A stretch of 52,989 nt of DNA from Candidatus Methylomirabilota bacterium (GTDB lineage Bacteria; Methylomirabilota; Methylomirabilia; Rokubacteriales; CSP1-6), in assembly GCA_046726415.1 (NCBI GenBank), contig JBKPAK010000051.1, positions 1-52,989 of the forward strand, in the 5' to 3' direction. The translations under genes were made by a program, and so were the position numbers. A model generated the notes under the pieces. That model saw only the letters and a program-made list of their open reading frames with translations. It searched no databases and had not been told where the DNA came from. Positions 49,979 to 52,989 of the stretch are shown here, piece after piece (position 1 is the stretch's first letter; every line of letters begins with the position of its first letter).

Positions 49979-50714
49979 ATGATTTCAACGCTCAGAGCAG
50001 TCGGACGTGCTGCCCTCGTCACAATTCTGGCAGCCTTGATGCCGATGGGCCTTTCGGGCGGTAAACGCACAGGGCTCGAGCTGGGGCTCCAATCGGCTGT
50101 CGCGGCATCGAAGGCACTCGCAGCTTCGCGGGGTGGGCCCCTGATTCTGAGCCTCAGCGACAATCCCGGACCTGGCGAGAGTCCGGGGCCACCCGTGTAT
50201 GCGGGCATCGCGTTGTTCTTCATGAATACCGACGGCGAGTGGGTGGCCATCGAGTTCGTTCGTCAACCAACGTGTATTCCCCAGTACTTCAACTTGCTTG
50301 AGTTCTTCGATCTCCCCGGCGCGTTCGCGTGTCCGCTCACTTTCGCGGGAGAGGAGTGGTGGCACGCCGAGGATCTGATCGGGCTGGATCCCTGGGAGAC
50401 GCTACCTCCGTTTCCGTTTCAGGCACACTACGTAGGGGGCTGGCGCCATTCCGATCTACTTCGTCAAGCTGGCCGAGTTGACAGCAGCCATGGCAGACGG
50501 CGTCCTGACCATCGGCGAGCTTGATGCGCTGCCTTCGTTGCTGGTCGGCCGCACGAGCAAATACCAGATGATCCAGCTCAACCCGGAACAAGGCCACCGA
50601 CCCGGCCATTCGACCACGGTAGCCCACGGTGCGCTGCAGGACGGGCGCTCATTCCAGTACCACAAGGTCGATCGGAACAACGAGACGATCAGCATCGAGA
50701 TCAGCTTCGATTGA
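49979..50714 (+). pseudogene. Putative secreted protein of unknown function, split by one frameshift at G run 50435-50439
   Basis: RBS AAGGAG; hydrophobic N-terminus; ...PFQAHYVG continues in another frame as AGAIPIYFVKLAELTAAMADGVLTIGELDALPSLLVG to stop 50714. Confidence 0.65.
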
Positions 50715-50922
50715 ATCGAGCTGGCTGGGCCTACCGGCTCCAGCATGACTCCACCTTGCGGACGATCTGCTCGTGTCTGTGCGGGGCGGGCGCCACAACT
50801 ACGCCGGAAAATCGATCTGCGACGGCGGGCTGATGATCGGCCTGTCGCGATGAAGGGGATCCACGTGGACCCCGGGCGGCGGACAGCCCCGCCCAGGTGT
50901 AACGGAAGTCACAGGCGAGTTG

Positions 50923-51084
50923 ATGACGTTCATGGTCCGAATCTTCGTTGACGAGGGAGGTGATATCCGCGGCGTCGTGGAACAGGTGAGGACCGGCAGG
51001 AAGGAACCGATCCACGCAGTCGCTGACGTCAGCCGCGTGATCGCGGTGATGGTGGCGGCCGAGCGGCCGGATGGGCGAATGTGA
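50923..51084 (+). CDS. Conserved microprotein, copy 2 (53 aa; not in ORF track)
   Basis: MTFMVRIFVDEGGDIRGVVEQVRTGRKEPIHAVADVSRVIAVMVAAERPDGRM; 40/53 identical to copy 1 by hand alignment. Confidence 0.75.
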   Translation: MTFMVRIFVDEGGDIRGVVEQVRTGRKEPIHAVADVSRVIAVMVAAERPDGRM

Positions 51085-51110
51085 AACGACGGCTCTTCGC
51101 GGAGGAAATG

Positions 51111-51962
51111 ATGGAAGCTCTCTTGCCGCACAAACACAGGATGATCCGGCTCCATGGTCTGCCACAATGCCGCCGCCTCGGGTTCTCCCTCGGAGCCGGC
51201 GTTCTGGTGACGCTGGCCCTTCTCGGGCCGGCCTCCTCCCTGGCGCTCGCGGCGGGCGTGCGGGCCCGCTTCGATCTCGATGATCGCCGGGGCAGTCCGT
51301 TTCCGAGCGATCGCTTCACCGTGGCCGATACAACGCAGAACACCGGGCTGCGCGTCAATGTCCCCAAGCCCGACTGCACGACGCGCCGAACGACTGCCAG
51401 AATCTCGGCGTCATCAACACGCTCGACGGCTTCAACGTGCAGCCACGTCTCTCCATCCCGTTCGACGGAACGATCGATGTGACGAGCGTCAGCAGCCAGA
51501 CCATCTTCCTGGTGAGCCTCGGGAGCACGCTGTCGGGCGGCGACGGCGGTGGCCAAGTGATCGGCATCAATCAGTGATATGGGATGTGGCGACGACCACT
51601 CTCCACGCAGAGTCCGACAGTATGCTGGATCAGCACACACGCTACGCACTCATCGTGACCCGTGGTGTCTTGGACGCCGCCGGAGATCCGTCGAGGCCGA
51701 CGACGCCATCCGGCGATTCCGCCACGACCTGAACTTCGGACAGACGGGGCACGATCCGGTCCTCAAGCGCTACCGGAAGGATCTCCTCGACGCGTTGGCC
51801 GCCGCGGGGGTGGCCGAGCAGGACGTGGCGGTGGCGAGCGTCTTCACGACCCAGAGCGTCACCGCGATGCTGGAAGCGGTCCGCGATCAGATCCCGCTGG
51901 GGACACCTTCCGCGGCCGACTTTGTGAGGATAAGAATTCCAAAGCCCGTTCGTTGCCGCTAA
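51111..51962 (+). pseudogene. Secreted Ig-like (Big_5-type) domain protein, three frameshifts and C-terminal truncation
   Basis: Signal peptide, PFPSDRFTV, RVN.P.PDC, INTLDGFN.QPRLSIPFDG.ID..SV, IGINQ/VIWD, LDQHTRYALIVT, ASVFTTQS; frame breaks near 51386, 51574, 51690. Confidence 0.7.
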
Positions 51963-52774
51963 CCTTTCCCCCTTACCCCCTGCCGCAGGCCACGATCGCG
52001 CTCCCGGAGGGAGCGTAAGTCAAGCGGCCGGGAAGGGTGATGCCCTTCGGCGGTGCTCAGAAGGGCGGCGATCCGTCGAGGGACCGTGCCCTCGTAGAGA
52101 AGAAGACGGGAGCGGCCAGAGCCAGAACGAAGACGGGAGGCAGACGACGGGTTGCCGACCCCTGCTCGGTTAGCCATCGTGCGCAGTCGCGGGGGCCAGT
52201 TCACAGAGAAATCGGGGTGGATCTCGCCGGGCGTGACAGGGAGGCAGCTGAGGTCGGCGAGATGGGCCCGAAGTGAGGATCCGTGGCGGCCAGCCTGGAG
52301 AAGATGAAGTCCGTGCTCGGGTCTTCGCGCCAATTGGCGGCGCCGTGCACATCGTCAGCGCGAGGGGACCTGACTCCGCACGCTCACACTATAAGGCTCG
52401 AGACGACCGATCGCTCGTTCTCCCTTGTCACGAACGACAGAGCATTTTATGGTCAAACCGACCTTCCCCTTGTCCATCCTTGCTACCAAATCAGCGTGGG
52501 GAGCAGCTCGACCTACTCACCCGGCGCGTGGTCGGTCGACGGATGGAGCACGGGCCGACACCGGAGACGGACTGAGGCGCTGGACAAGCTGATGGTGCTC
52601 CGAGCCTGGACGGCGCGGCGCTTGGTGAACTGAACGTGGGAGGCGAAGGCCCGACGGTCGGGATAACTACGTAGCCTTCCGATGACCCGGCCACGTGATA
52701 CCCAGAGGCATTCTCTTCCAACGCGCCGCTGACAGGAGAATGTCCGCATGACCGGACTGAGGAGGCACCTGAAA

Positions 52775-52989
52775 ATGGGTCTGGACTCGAGCGCGCGGCG
52801 GCGGCTCATCGATGACTTCAATCGGCTGTACTACGACGGACCGGAGGGTCGTCATCTCTACGAGACGACAAAGTGGCTGGGCGTCCCCGTCCAAAAGTGT
52901 CCGCTCGACCTTTGGATGTATCAGGAAATCCTCTACGAGACCAGGCCGGACGTGGTGATTGAAAGCGGAGTCTACTGCGGCGGCAGCAC
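52775..52989 (+). CDS. CmcI-family (cephalosporin hydroxylase-like) methyltransferase, 3' partial
   Basis: RBS GAGGAGG; MGLDSSARRRLIDDFNRLYY...WLGVPVQKCPLDLWMYQEILYETRPDVVIESGVYCGGS; absent from ORF track because no stop is in the window. Confidence 0.85.
   Translation, partial: MGLDSSARRRLIDDFNRLYYDGPEGRHLYETTKWLGVPVQKCPLDLWMYQEILYETRPDVVIESGVYCGGS

Overview
High-GC, diderm bacterial chromosome segment. Gene style and content suggest Candidatus Rokubacteria/Methylomirabilota, but this is an inference. Positions 1-45871 are a nearly continuous + strand core block. It runs: bamA(partial)-skp-lpxA-gnnA-like-lpxI-lpxB-DUF374-waaA-lpxK-waaF-4xGT4-hldA-hldC-waaC-GT2 (lipid A/LPS core), trpS-scpA-scpB-rluB, pheA-hisC-tyrA-[aroA relic]-cmk-plsC-rpsA-sppA-ihfB, HIT-mutS-mutL-miaA-hflX, pgsA-DUF512-der-DUF3047-SPOR-ihfA-merR-tRNA-Pro(GGG)-surE-pcm-tRNA-Pro(CGG)-acyP-nlpD-like-rpoS-like. 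After an IS remnant at about 45900 comes an accessory region. It holds a large SARP/BTAD-STAND ATPase-TPR regulator on the - strand, divergent from a promoter with four heptamers at 11-bp period. That promoter precedes two paralogous 53-aa microproteins, each followed by a frameshifted secreted-protein gene. A CmcI-family gene runs off the right end. Highlights are the regulator/microprotein module, an aroA reduced to a fused N+C stub, and a family of G/C-rich palindromic repeats, one of them duplicated in frame inside scpA.
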